Source: the human T2T-CHM13v2.0 reference genome, Homo sapiens | DNA: 64,000 bases | Strand: one strand, 5' to 3' | NCBI RefSeq assembly: GCF_009914755.1 | Contig: NC_060939.1 | Shown: piece by piece, positions 39,916-55,033 of the stretch | How positions within the stretch are numbered: the first letter of the stretch is position 1 | Layout of the letters: every line of letters starts with the position of its first letter | Program-made: the position numbers and the translations under genes | The notes under the pieces: model-generated | Database searches by the model: none | The model's input: the letters and a program-made list of their open reading frames with translations, nothing else | Told to the model about the DNA's origin: nothing

Positions 39916-41138
39916 CTTTAAGTAGCTCAGAGACTATGGAGAGATGTCAAACCATAGCGGACAGAGAAGTGAATCAGGAGAAATCCACTCCCATGAGAGT
40001 TGCAAGGACCCTTTCCATCTTGAGTAATCTTTGCATTTTCCTTAATAAACATAAATAAAGAGGTGTAGAAACATCTCTGCCTGTAGAAATAGACAAATAA
40101 TAAGATGGCCATGGCTTCTCATTCTGTCTTCCTTTCTGAAGCTAGTCCGATTAGGATCATGTGATTATTCTCTGAGTATCTCAGGTGTAGTATCCCTTGT
40201 GTCAAGGTCCAGAAGAAGTGCTGTTATCATTAATCATTAATTTTGTTGTCCAATGAACTGCATGTTGCTAGGAGAAGTTAGGCTTTTCAAAATGAGTGAA
40301 AACTTATGAGAAGAAATGCCTGATTAACAAACCCCACAGGCATGGCCAAGGCCTACCAGGCTCTGGTGTACAGGGAAGGACTTTACCAAAAAAAAATCCC
40401 TAACTTTGAAGCACCTGGCTTTGGACAAATGAGCCGTAGGTATAGTCTTTCTGTCTTCCTCCTCTCTTTTCCTTCTCTCCAGATGAGTTACACTTGGAAA
40501 CTGAACTTTCAGATTATGAAAGAACTCAGAATTACAGGAAAGAATGAGATGGCAAAGAAAAAATAAGGGATAGAGTCTTGAACTGGCAGCCTGCGTGGCG
40601 TTTTCATGATTGGGAAATGCCTCCTACAAATGTGGATTTGTGGATTTTATTGAAAAAGTGAAAACTGTAGCCGTGTTGGACTCTCCCGTGTGGCAAAGAC
40701 TGGAGAAAGATGAGCTGAGCCAGGCCTTATCCGATTTACTGTCATTCTCAACACTGGACCAATGGTTCGAGACTAAGCCCGCTTTAATCACTTCTGTTAC
40801 CCGCCAGATCCTCATGGAATGTGTTTTGTGATTCTAGCTTACTGCAAATGACCAATATAAATTGCTTCTCCTCAACTCCAAAAATGCACCAAGTTTTTAC
40901 TTTGATTTCTGAAATTCTAGCTACCACTTGCATATAACGGCAAATTAGCCTGACCAAATTGCTTTAAAAAAAAAAAAAAACTTTTGCATTTTGAAAGAAT
41001 GATTATTTGGGAGGGGGAGGGTAAGGTCCAAGAGAAATTTGAGAAAGGCTTGAATAGGGAGAGCATGTGGAAGTCTTAGAGCAGTCTGAAGCCGGGGTGG
41101 GATGTGTGGGATGGGGACAAGTATCCATAGAGGGTTGT

Positions 41139-41602
41139 GGTGATGGCTTAATTTTTTATGTTAACTTGACTATGCTGTGGTACATTTTTCTGGTCAAATA
41201 CTAGTCTAGATATTGGTGTGAAGGTAGTTTTTAGATGTGGTTAACACCTATAATCTGTTGACTTTAAATACAGGAGACTGACCTTGATAATGTGGGTGGC
41301 CATCATCTAACTGGTTCAAGGTCTAAGAACAAGGCCTGAGGTTTCCCAGAGAAGAGGAAACTCTGACTCTTGGTTGCAACATATAAATCCTATCCGAGTC
41401 TCCAGCTTGCTGGTCTGTCCTACAAATTTCAGAATCAGAACTGCAACATGAACTAGCCCGAGATTTTTTACTGACCTGCCTTATGGATATTACATTTGCC
41501 AGCCCCCAGAATCACGAGCCAATTCCTTACATAAATTAATAAATATACACACATATGTATACACTATTGGCTCCGTTTCTCTGAAGAACCCTGACTGACA
41601 CA
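41139..41602 (+). mobile_element. MLT2-family (ERVL) solo LTR
   Basis: Starts gtgatggcttaattttttatgttaacttgact; ends ctattggctccgtttctctgaagaaccctgactgacaca; 5-bp flanks gttgt/ggtgt (4/5 match). Confidence 0.88.
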
Positions 41603-42499
41603 GGTGTCTACTTCAGTATTCGTCCAGGGAATCCATATAACCAAAAGAAAGATTCCGACATGACCAGCCCTCTCAGCTTCATGATTTCATTACTATTCAC
41701 TCAATAACTCCCTATGGTTTGTCTTGAGATCCCAACACATCCCTCATTGGACCAATAATATGAATTATAAAACAGTGATTTTAAAACCACCATTTGGAAA
41801 CAATCCGTACACGAACTGGGAAATGCCAAGAAAAATAATGAGATAATGTTCAAATAAAGAAACTAGAACTCCCCCGTGCCTCAAGGTGACCCTCAATGTA
41901 TGCTTCTCCAGGGGTTGTACACTTGCTCCATGTTCAACACATTTCAGAAAATTATTCTTTCAGTACTGACTTCGATTTTTGTGTGTGTGCCAGAAGTAAG
42001 TTGGCTTTGTTATTTCATATTTACATTTTATTTTTTTACTTGAAATTGCTTTGTCAAGCTTGAACATCTACTTTTTTTTCTCTAGCACTAAATTATTTTG
42101 TCTGATTCCGAAGAGAAAACCAATGCTTTTATGTGATGATTTCCTGCCCCAGCTGATTTTCAGAAGTGAGTATGAAAGTTGAAAACACAGGAGGAGTTCC
42201 AAAATTCTCCAAACTATATGAGTAAGCAAATTAAAATGAAAACAAAGTTAAGTTACTAGACTGTGATGAGTAGGTTTAACTGGAGACGATGCCTTTTTTG
42301 TTTATCGTCATATCCCCAGTACCATCATTTCATCGTCTTACAGTTTACAAAACACTTTATATTTTACAAGGCAATTTGAATGTCCTGTATGTGTCAGGAA
42401 GGGTGTAGCATGCTAGACTCTATGAAATGTGCAAGTGATATAAAGATAATTACATATCGGTTACTACATTTAGGAATATTACTTACCCATCTACCTATC

Positions 42500-42830
42500 C
42501 ATCCAGTTGTCACACAGCATATTTCTGAAATGCCTATTATGTGTCAGGAATTGTGCTTGGTGCCAGCCCTACAAAAATGAACAAGAATGACATGTTCTTA
42601 ACCCTCTTGGATTTGATAGTCTACCAGAGGAGAAAGGCAGTTAAATAAGACATTATAATAAAACATGCTAAGTGTGATGGCAGACAAAGAAGAGAGTGTG
42701 AACAGAGCAGGGAGCAAGAGGCCAGAGGCAGGGCTGCAGATGTTGGGAGGGGATCCTGTCCACGGTGATGAGTATGTCTACACTGAGATCTGAAGTATTC
42801 GTAGGGAAAAATTGGAGGAAGCATGACATT
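42500..42830 (-). mobile_element. L2 3' region
   Basis: atttctgaaatgcctattatgtgtcagg...aaaaatgaacaagaatgac...gagatctgaag. Confidence 0.7.
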
Positions 42831-42930
42831 ACCCAGCAAAATACAACATTCAAATTTGATTCAAGAAGAGGTAGAAAAGTGATTGAACAGATATATAAGA
42901 AAAATTTGGGAAGACAATAATCTACCAGTT

Positions 42931-43049
42931 GTATTTTTTTATTTAATTTAATTTTAATTTCAGGGATACATGTGCAGGCCATGCAGATCTGTTACACAGG
43001 TAAATGTGTGCCATGGTGGTTTGCTGTGCCTATCAACCCATCACCTAGT
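42931..43049 (-). mobile_element. Very short 5'-truncated L1PA (older PA subfamily) 3' end
   Basis: T-rich tail then cagggatacatgtgcagg...ccatggtggtttgctg..cctatcaacccatcaccta; TSD taccagtt at 42923-42930 and 43050-43057. Confidence 0.88.
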
Positions 43050-43349
43050 TACCAGTTTCCAATAGGTGACACAACCAAATGGATTTTCAGCTTAGCGTGA
43101 CATAACTTGAAAAAAGTGAATAATCACTGTGTTATTTACACCAGTGCTCTAAAATTTTTAATGTATTTACACACTGCCGGAGGATCTTGTTTAACTCTAG
43201 GTTTTAATTTAGTAGGGCTGGGGAAACATGATAAAGTGCACGTTTAGAAAGTGCTACTGACCTGAAAATTGCATTTTGAGGAGCAGCGCTTTTTACCGAT
43301 CCAAACCAAAGTTTCTCAATCTAGGTTAAGAAGCTAGCAGCAATTCAAT

Positions 43350-45100
43350 TTCAAAACATGATAAGACAGTGAAATTTTGCTTGTAAAAATAAAAAAATGT
43401 ATTAGCAAATTGAATTCGGCAGTATATTATAAGAATAACAAAGCATGACTAATAGAAATTCAAGAAGGATTCAACATTCGGACTTTTACCAACATAATTA
43501 ATTATATCAACAAATATAATTCATTTAATCAATAGATGCCAAAAAGACAATTTCAAAAATTCAGCAACTATTACTAATAAAATATTTCTTGCATAATCTA
43601 ATTAAATATGATGAAAATACATTTGTCAAAACAAATAATAAGCATCGTATGTTGAAATACTGAAATCATTTTAAATTCAAATGCATTGCATAGATACCCT
43701 CTATTATTTAACACCTTTTGGAGGTTACAATAAAGCAAGAAAACAAAATAAGTTGAATTAATTATTGAAAAAGAAGAGATAAAGTTATCTTTATTGGCAG
43801 AAGATATGATTGCTTACTTGGTAAACCTTTGAAAAGCCACTAAAATCTAGTAGCATTAATAAAATAATATGAATTAAAATTAATAAGATGAGATAAATAT
43901 TCATAGCTTCTCAATTACAGCAATAACTAGCTGAAAGATGAAAGAAAAAATGCACTCACAGTAATACAATAAGAAGAAAAATTTGAAGACAAAAATTGCA
44001 TAAGAAATCACCGAATTTAAATGAAGAAAACCTCAAAATCCTATCGAAGATCAAAAGCAAGACACAAATTCGAAAGAATAGTAATATTTTTACTATATAA
44101 TATCAAACTTTGTCAAGTTAAGAGGTTTTAAATAATTCTAATTCAAATTCTAATTGGTGTTTTGGGAGGATGGGTAAGGAATGAGGCAGAAAGATTTTTA
44201 AGTTCACATAGAACATATATTGGAACTAGCTAGGAAAATTTTCCAAAGAAAAAAGGAGTATGAAAAGTACATGAATTAAACATTTGGTGAATATTTGAAT
44301 AATGGTAGGGTAGCAAGAGGCCTCTTCAAGAGACTTGGGAAACCCAAAAACTATAAAGGAAAACAGGCATATGTTGAGCAGATATATTTGTCACACACCA
44401 GACAAAGAATTAGCTTAAACAATCCTGCAAATTTATAAGGGAGACAAACAACACAATAGAAAAATAGGAAATGAGCTTGAAGACAAAGAATAAACTTAGT
44501 AAATGACACTGAACTTCCCTAAGAGTGAAGGAGCTAGATATGAAAATAATGTACAATGTCTTACTGGCAAAATAAAAACAGGAACAAAAATAATACAAAA
44601 AGCTGTAAAATATAACATTTTCAAGGATGTGGGCAAATGGGAACTCTGATGTATTGCTGATGGGAGTATAGATTACTACAACCTTTTTGGAAAACCATCT
44701 GGAAATATCTACTAAATTTAAAAGCTCATGTGCCTTTAGGCATAGAAGTGCCACTCTGGGGAATCAATCCTTCCAGAGAAAAAAAAGGCATCAATAAGTA
44801 AGAACTTACAAGAAAATTTGTAGAAACATTATTTTCACCTACAAAGAAAGTTAATAAAAAAGGAAAGAAAAAAATTGAATATTTAGTAACAGCCAGATAG
44901 TTTAGTGAATAATGATGCATGTGTAACATGGAGTATTTTGAACATGGAGTATAAAAAGAATGTGATCTATTTTTGTCTTTTGATTTAGGTAATGCCCATG
45001 ACATTGTAAAGTGACAAGAGCTAGTTTCAGAGCAGCATGAATAACAGGATCTCAGGTTTGGAAAAAAGACTTTATATGTATGCATCTATGTTTGCATGTG
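43350..45100 (+). mobile_element. Old L1M (MD/ME-type) ORF2 and 3' region, internally deleted
   Basis: caatagatgccaaaaagacaatttc; ttggcagaagatatgattgcttac; attgctgatgggagtatagattactacaacctttttggaaaacc. Confidence 0.82.
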
Positions 45101-45339
45101 TTTAATGTGGGGATGGATAAAGGTGGATAAATTCAGAGAAGGCTCTTTGGTCTGATTATCCCAAAGGAGTAAATACTGCATAGTTTTGACAGGGCCAGAT
45201 TTGATGGTTTACATTTTCTTTATAATAATAGCAATCATTACAACAAATTTCAACACAAACATAAAAGCATGATTAGCTGTAAGCTAGTAAGAGAAGGAGG
45301 TGGAGGAAGAGAGGAAATGGTCCAAGTACCGAGAAGAGC

Positions 45340-45780
45340 CCAGGAAGAAGCCTCAACGTAGAAACAGGAACAAGTTGGGAATGGGTTGCAGGATCACACC
45401 TTGTAAAGGAGCTCTGTGAGTTGGCTTGGGCCTGAAAGTAGTGATATGTCATTGACCGCTCTTAAGGGAGGCAGACGCCTGATGAGATGTGAATTTTAGA
45501 AATAATTCTAACTGGATTGAAGACGGCAGAAAGTAAGAAAAGGAGAATGGTAGGTAGGCTGCTACAGGAGTTCAGTTAAAAATGCTGAAGGCCGTGGCAG
45601 GGCATAGTGGGGATGGGGCAGCAGAAAAACATGTGAGGACCATTTTGGAGGGAAAGCCTTCATGCTTAGTTGGACATGGGGGGTGAGGGATAAGGGAACC
45701 TCAGGTTGCATTGGGGGAATGGCTTGATGTGAATGCACTAACAGAGGCATGGGAGGAAAGATCAGGAAGGGGGCGTCCCT
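45340..45780 (-). mobile_element. L2 fragment
   Basis: ggatcacaccttgtaaagg...tgagatgtgaattttagaaataattct...taggaggct-like segment...cattttggagg. Confidence 0.6.
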
Positions 45781-47139
45781 GGGAGAATTACGCGTCCTGC
45801 CCGGGTGTGCTGACCCTGCTTTCTCACACACATTCTCATCGACTGCCACGGCTCCTTGGCTTCAGAGCATTGCCTCCCCCTGAAGGTGGCACCTTTGGAA
45901 AGGGTGACAGTCATTTGGATGGTATGGTTCTGACTTGGCATTTTAGAAATCAGTTGCCTTGCCCTATAGTCACCTAAGTCTTGGAGTCTTGGAGTCCCAA
46001 ATCTTAGAGGAAATGCCAGCTACAGAGGCATGAAGTGAGTTGACTGGCTCTTCTTGCAACTTGCAAAATGACACCATGTCTATCGTTGGATGCACTTCAA
46101 CCTTTGGGTGAATTTTACGGCAGCTGGAGCTGCCATTTCAGCTCAGCTAAGGCAGTCCTGCCTCCCACCCCATTACTTTCAGAGAGGGGCCCCGGCTTCA
46201 TCTTGCTTGTGCCACAAGAATCCAACTGAACACTCCCCATGACTCCTAAAGGAAACCTGAGTTATCAGTGTCTGCCTAGCAACCAAAAGGTGACACGTGG
46301 GGCCTTCTTTTCAACCCATTTCCTCTTGATGAGAGGAAGGGATTCTCCTGCGAGTTATTACCTGAAATAATACCATATGGTAAAATGTAAACAACATCTG
46401 CATATTCATGTAATAATTTCATCTGTTTAATTAGTTCCAGCAAAGCAGTTTACCCTCTGAGGCCCTTGCTGTCAGCTAGACGCTCATACGTCCCGGGCTG
46501 GCTGTCGGGCTTGACAGCCTTCTATTGTTCATTCTCTACTTGCACCTCAGCAGTTACTGTAAGTGAATCTTCTCAGGGGTGGGGCGTCTGTCCCCACCGA
46601 TCCAGATACTGCGGGGGCGGATGTGGGGGAGCTGTCAGCTTGGCGTAGGGATACTAAAGACAGACTTGACAGATCAGGTGATGCTGGCAAAAAAAGACAG
46701 ATGAGATTATTTATTTCTTGTACCTTCCTAATTTGGATGTGAGTTTAGATGAGCTTTTGAGGTAAGGAGGTTTTAATTCTTTGTGCCATGACCTCAATGG
46801 AAAACATCTAAGTCAGAGCGACCACACAACAGAACTGGAGTCCACATCCCATTTTGCTCAATCTCAGGGCATCTGACAGCACATTTGTTTAGCTAAACAT
46901 GAAGCCATAGAGAACTCGACAAATGTGTCCTACACGCTCAGGGAACTGCACAGGTATCCACGTGGTAAAGAGGTGAAATGTGAAAGCGAATAAACACACA
47001 CACCTGCATGCACACACACACGCACACACATAGAAACACACACAGAGATGCAGAGATGTTGGGCTGTCTTTTGAACTCAAGGAGTTTCTCTTCCCCTTTC
47101 CCCCCATAGCAAGATAAGAAGTGATCTTAAAGGTCTTTT

Positions 47140-47630
47140 AAACCAGCATTCAGAGCTTCAGATCTCCTGGACGTCTTGTTAAATTGCAGATTCTGATTTA
47201 ATAGGTGTAGGGAGGGGCTCCAGATCCTGCCTTTTTCTTTTTCTTTTTTCTTTTTCTTTTCTTTTTTTTTTTTGAGACAGAGTCTCATTCTGTCACACCA
47301 GATCGTGCAATGGCACAATCTCGGCTCATTGCAACCTCCTTCTCCTGGGTTCAAGCGATTCTCCTGCCTCAGCCTCCCGACTAGCTAGGATTACAGGCAT
47401 GTGCCACCACGCCTGGCTAATTTTTGTATATTTAGTAGAGATGGGGTTTCACTATGTTGGCCAGGCTGGTCTGAAACCCCTGATGTCAGGTGATCTGCCC
47501 GCCTCAGCCTCCCAAATTGCTAGGATTATAGGCATAAGGCACCACACCTGGCCAAGGTCCTGCATTTTTTTAACAAGCTCTCAGGTGATGTTGAGCTGCT
47601 GGCTCTCGGAGTCCACAATGAATAGTGAGG
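47140..47630. mobile_element. MER5A-type MITE interrupted by an Alu
   Basis: cttgttaaattgcagattctgatttaataggtgtagggaggggc [Alu] ctgcatttttttaacaagctctcaggtgatg. Confidence 0.8.
47232..47553 (-). mobile_element. AluS
   Basis: Full antisense Alu with T-rich tail; degenerate TSD agatcctgcctttt / aggtcctgcatttt. Confidence 0.95.
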
Positions 47631-47780
47631 ATATAGACATCTTACTCATTTTATAGATGCAGGAATTGAAGTGACATGTCCAACCTAATCCAGTTCATTA
47701 AAGGTCAAATCAAAACTAGAACTCCCACTTTATTGGAAGCCCAGGGCTCTTCACTTGTGGCTGTTGGTTTTTTGTTTTTA

Positions 47781-48214
<434 letters not shown>

Positions 48215-51029
48215 TTAAGGTTATAAACTTGATCATTGTAGTTGCTACATCTTATAGAGAATCCCAGGATATTGTCATGCTTCTAGAGGTGTACAGTTCT
48301 TATGTACATCTCTGGAAACCACTATAAGCATTGTGTTCTTGAATCAGGGTTATGAAGAATCTTAGAGATTTGGTCTTCTCTTTAATATCCCAATCAAATT
48401 ATAGTCCAGATTTTATTTGAGTGTCTTTCATAATAGGGAAAGAACGGAGTCTTGGCACATCACTTTTCATTTTGTGACAGCAAGCTGAAAGCTAGAGACC
48501 TTTTTCTTGTATGGACTCAAAATGATCACATTTGGGGATGGCTCTGTTCTCTGGAACCATCAGAACCACTTGATATTGGATGTAAAATTAGCGCATTTTT
48601 TTTCTGGGGAAAGGTGACCCCTGAAAATATAAAATCGTAGAGCTAGAGCTGAGTAATCTGATTCATCTGCTCACTATCCATATATTCATTTCTAAAATTA
48701 TGTTTAAGAATACTTCTATACTCTAGCTACTTTATTATGAATATGGTTGATTTCAACAGAAAATCCCCTCATTAAATATGGAGCATAGAGGGACTTCCAT
48801 TTTTGTTTGTCAGAGTAAGGACTGGGCACGACCACCTTCAAACTAGATAGAAGTTGACGTAGTTGTCACTTTGCATTTTCAATATCTTTTTTTTTCTATT
48901 CTAGGAAGAAATTGTACAACTAATGGAAACATTTTTCCCCTCAAACTACAATAAAATCATTTTTTAAATTTCTCCTTCCATTAAGTGGCTCATACGTGGA
49001 GATTTTTATGCAGCCCTAAAGTGATGCCTAAATTAGCGCTCAGAAAAGTCAATTATACTTTTAAAGCTACTGTCTATAATTGTTATAGTCTTTTTCTGCA
49101 TGTATCCAAATTGTTTCTAATGGGCATTTCAGGACATGGGGGTTAATGGTATCTTAGGGAGGCAAAAATGCTGGCCAAAGCGGGGTTAATTTATCAAAAT
49201 AACTTTGCATGGTGTTGTTTCAAAGCAATTTTAGTGTTTTCCAAGTCTACTTAACTCCTAGCTGGTCTTTTACAGTGTTTTTAAGTGGAGATATACTATT
49301 AAGTTGCTTTATCTTAATACAAGTGTTTCAAATAATTTGGCATTGAATCTACTCAGGTTAAAGATTTTACTTCTACTTTCGAAAATGAAAAGAATACCTA
49401 TCAAAGATGAAAATGTACCTAATTAAGCTGTTTTTGATATCTTATTCTGTCAGTTCTTTTGCTTTTTTTTCCCGCTCTCTCACAATCTTGACAAGGGAAA
49501 TGCCCGTGCTCCGATTTACTGGTCTCTGACTAATCCAGTGGTATTCACGATGGCATTAGCCACGATCAATAACTAATTATTAAACCAGCATTTCTTTCCA
49601 GGGCTTCTTGTTAAAAAATTGCTTTTGGCTGAGAGAGACAGAAAAAGGTCGTCACTTTGACATGGTCTCGAGTCTTTCAAAATCCAGTGGGTCGTCCAAT
49701 TGAATTACTGTCCTCAACTAATTGATACAAATTTGAACAGAAGAATGCTTGTTACTGCAGAATCTCGTAATGATATACTTGGCAAGAAAGTGTTGGGGAA
49801 GGAGAAAAAAAAAACAAAAAACAAAAACCCGGCACCAGTTACAAAGCATCCACACACCACTCTAGAATTAGAAATTAGAAAAATATTAAAGTTGGGGGGA
49901 TGTGTGGCTGGACACAATTTGATGACCTATTCAGACTTATCATACACGCAGTATTATGAACACTGAGGTAGTCACTGTCTCCTATTTTTATAGTCATAAA
50001 AAGACAAAGAGTGCTTTGATATATTATTTAACTTCTGTACTGATTATAACTTGCAAAGCATTTGAATGACAACTGTCATTTTATTGTTACCTAAGGCTCT
50101 TGGTTTGAGCCAATTGGATAGAATGTTGCTTTCTGAGTGACACAACTTTGAAAACTGGGATTGTAAAAAGATCAGCACAAAACAATGCAGGCATCAAAAA
50201 CATAAACCGCTTCTCCCTGCCATCATCCCTCCTCCCCAGCTAAGTGGCAAATGACAAGAGAGTGAATAACATATCTTCCTCCATGAAATCTTTTATGTTT
50301 GCTTATTGATTTAAACATGAGATTAGACTAAGACATCCAATATGTAGGTTTGTTTTGATGAAAAGTTTAGATTTGGAGGAACGGCTTTAATCGAGCTACA
50401 GAATGAGAAATAGATCTACTCCCTCACCCATTTGTGGGGGAAAAAAATCTGTCATGCTGGTGTTTCTAATTGCACTTCACAACTGGACATGTCCTTTGGG
50501 AATCACGCTTCTCCTTTTATTGGTGCTTTGTAGGACTGTTCTGTCAGGCCAGACCTGCCTCTCCTGGAGCTTCAGCAATTCTCTGTGCATTTATCCTACT
50601 CTAGGTTGAAGTTCCTGGAAATGTCCTTTTACCTTAAATGTTCTTTGCCTTGTCCTAATGGAATCTTTTGAAACCTCACCAATACTGGATTTATTTTTCA
50701 TTTTCTTAAACTGCTTAAAACTTGCTGAACTATCTCCCCTTCCCTCTTTTACATCTGATTTTAAAAGCAAATTTTTAAACAACAGCCTTTATAGTGAAAT
50801 TAATCTCTACTGCTCAACCATATCTGGCAATTTTTTAGTTGATTCTCTTGGATCTGTGGTACTCTGCAATGTGATATCAGGCCGAGCGCTTTTAAATGTT
50901 TTAATTGAATAAGCTTCCTTTTAAAAATTAAAATCAGTGTTCGCTTAGATATCCTTTGTGTGAAGTTCGTTCAGATGGCATAGTCAGCTGGTCACTGTAG
51001 AAAATTGAGGACCATTGAGTTATATTGAT

Positions 51030-51255
51030 CATAACTATAGTCATAGCCAACATTGAGCCAGGCAGGAGGCTTCGCCCTTTGCCCAGATTCTTCCACTTTA
51101 CCTCCAAACAACAACATAGAGCACATACTTTATTTTAACCACACAGATAAGGAAACTGAGACCTAAAGTTTTAAGTAATTGCCCAAGGTTCTAGTGCTCA
51201 TAAATGGCAAGGCATGGATTTGAACCCATATCTGAGTAAACCCAAAGCCTGCAGT
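51030..51255 (-). mobile_element. MIR SINE
   Basis: acagataaggaaactgagacctaaagttttaagtaattgcccaagg...ggatttgaaccca. Confidence 0.8.
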
Positions 51256-52576
51256 CCACAGTGATAGTCATGTGATGAGCACCATAGGGAACAAGCTGGA
51301 GAGGCTGAGGCTTCCATCACTGAGAGAACCCAGTTGCCAACAGGGAAACACTTGAGCTGGACCCCTGCGATGTGCCTGTGGCCTCAGTGCCTATCCAGGC
51401 CTGAAGGTGGCAAATGCTGGGGTTCTTTCAACCTCATTTAAGAACAGAAGAGGCCAGATGCTTCGGAGAGAGGATTTGTGGGTTCCCTTTCAAGGAGAAG
51501 AATAGAGGACTGAGATGTACGATGAGATTTTCCATGGTTTGGGGAGTAATCTTTGAGTCCCCAAGATTTCAGGTTGCAGGTTTCTCTCTTTCCAGCAGAA
51601 AGGAGCTTTGTCTGAAAATATCTGTCCTATACCACCTGAAATATGCCATTTAGTCAACAACCTGATACTTAGGAAGGTTAAGTGGGCTCTGAAGTAGTTG
51701 ACCCATAGTGAGAACTTATTTTCTTTTTGAGATGAGTTCAGAGTAAGAGTTTTGGTGCAGAAGAAAGGAGGAAGGAGTGCACCGTCTGAGGGGCAGGGAA
51801 GGCATTGGCAGCCATGACAAAGAGAGGGCAGAGGAAGGAAGAGTGGAAACACCTGAGAAATGGCAAAGGACCTCAGAGAAGAAAGGGCTGGTGCCAGATA
51901 TTACCTTCACCTGACTCTAATTCCACCCTATCTATTGCGTTCCTCATTTCTGGAAGTGAAACCCAAAATGGAAAAGTGGCTTGCAATTTTACTCCGAGAT
52001 CCTGCAGTGGTGTGTGAAGGCGAAGAGTATTCCAAATGATAGGCGAGCCACACCTATTGATAGAAATAAGACCAAACATATCAGTTACGACGCTCCACTT
52101 GTCAATAGGTTATAATTTCTTAGACCAAACAGGCCTGAGATTAGAGATTAGATTAAAAATAAAATTCAACTCTGAGCTATATACAAGAAACATGAAATGT
52201 GATAACAGAAAAAAATTGGGGAGGGAGATTCAAAATACATCTGACAAATACAAAGGAAAGAACCACAAGGTTTATGATTTTAACATCAAAGTATAACTCT
52301 TGGGAGGGGTTGAGGAGAGAGAAGAAAGAAGGCCACTGTAAACAGGAAAAACCACCATGAAGATAAAATACTATAAACCTTCATGGAGGAATAACATTTT
52401 ATTGACTCAGAAAAAAAAGAAATGAAACCTCTGTGAAATACAGGAAGAAAAAGAATCATTCTAGAGAGCCTTAACCTATCAAGTAGGCAAAAATGGATAC
52501 AATTTTAGATCAAAACAATAAGGATAAGACTGTAGATGCAGACTTTGCTTACTAAAACCTTAATGTTCACAAATAA

Positions 52577-52966
<390 letters not shown>

Positions 52967-53071
52967 TAGTACATTTAACAACTTAAAGAGAGACTATGTC
53001 ATTTTTGTTTGTTTTCTTGTGCCGTCTAGCTCTGAGCTTTGTATGGAAAAGGGAATCAGCAATGTTTTCTT

Positions 53072-53373
53072 CTTTCTTTCTTTTTTTTTTTTTTTGAGAC
53101 GGAGTCTCACTCTGTCACCAGGCTGGAGTGCAATGGTGCAATCTCGGCTAACTGCAACCGCCGCCTCCTGGGTTCAAGTGATCTCCTGCCTCAGCCTCCC
53201 GAGTAGCTGGGACTACAGGCGCCTGCCACCATGCCCAGCTAATTTTCGTATTTTTAGTAGAGCCGGGGTTTCACCATGTTGGCCAGGATGGTCTTGATCT
53301 CTTGACTTCGTGATCTGCCCGCCTCAGCCTCCTAAAGTGCTGGAATTACAGGTGTGAGCCACTGCGCCCTGCC
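53072..53373 (-). mobile_element. AluSc-like element
   Basis: ggatggtcttgatctcttgacttcgtgatc; TSD aatgttttctt at 53061-53071 and 53375-53385. Confidence 0.94.
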
Positions 53374-53501
53374 AAATGTTTTCTTAAATAAGAAATGTAA
53401 GCTACTCTGAACCGGTTAGTCAGAAATGTCATATAATTTCCCATACCAAGCCTTGAATAAGGTCACACATTACCCCAGTGATTTAGCTTCTTCCTTCCTG
53501 A

Positions 53502-54600
<1,099 letters not shown>

Positions 54601-54649
54601 GCCAGTCTCGTTGTTGTGGTTTCTTCCTAGAATTTATCATATGCTGTAT

Positions 54650-54778
54650 TTTTTTTTTTAAATGGAGATAGCTTCTTACCATTTTGTCCAGTCTGGTCTC
54701 AAACTCCTGGGCTCAAGCAGTCCTCCCGCCTCAGCCACACAAAGTAGCTAGCACAGGCATGCACCACTGCACCCGTCC
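54650..54778 (-). mobile_element. FLAM_A-like Alu monomer
   Basis: Minus strand gggtgcagtggtgcatgcctgt...gctact...ggaggactgcttgagcccaggagtttgagaccag; TSD tgctgtat at 54642-54649 and 54781-54788. Confidence 0.85.
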
Positions 54779-54874
54779 AGTGCTGTATATTCAAAATATT
54801 TCTATGTGCTTCTCCAAGATTTAGCTGGGCTATTTATTTTCTTTTTTTTTTTTTTGGTGGTGGTGGTTTTTATT

Positions 54875-55033
54875 CTTGGCTGCATATTAAGATCACCTGG
54901 GAACTTTTACAAAATACCATTGCTATAGAACCACACAAAGATATTATTTTTTTATTTCTCTGGAATGGAGAATGGGTGGCAGTGTTTTTTGAATTAGATG
55001 ACTGTAATGTGCTATCACAGTTGAGAACCACTG
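54875..55033. mobile_element. MER5-type MITE
   Basis: cttggctgcatattaagatcacctgggaactttt...gttgagaaccactg. Confidence 0.7.
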
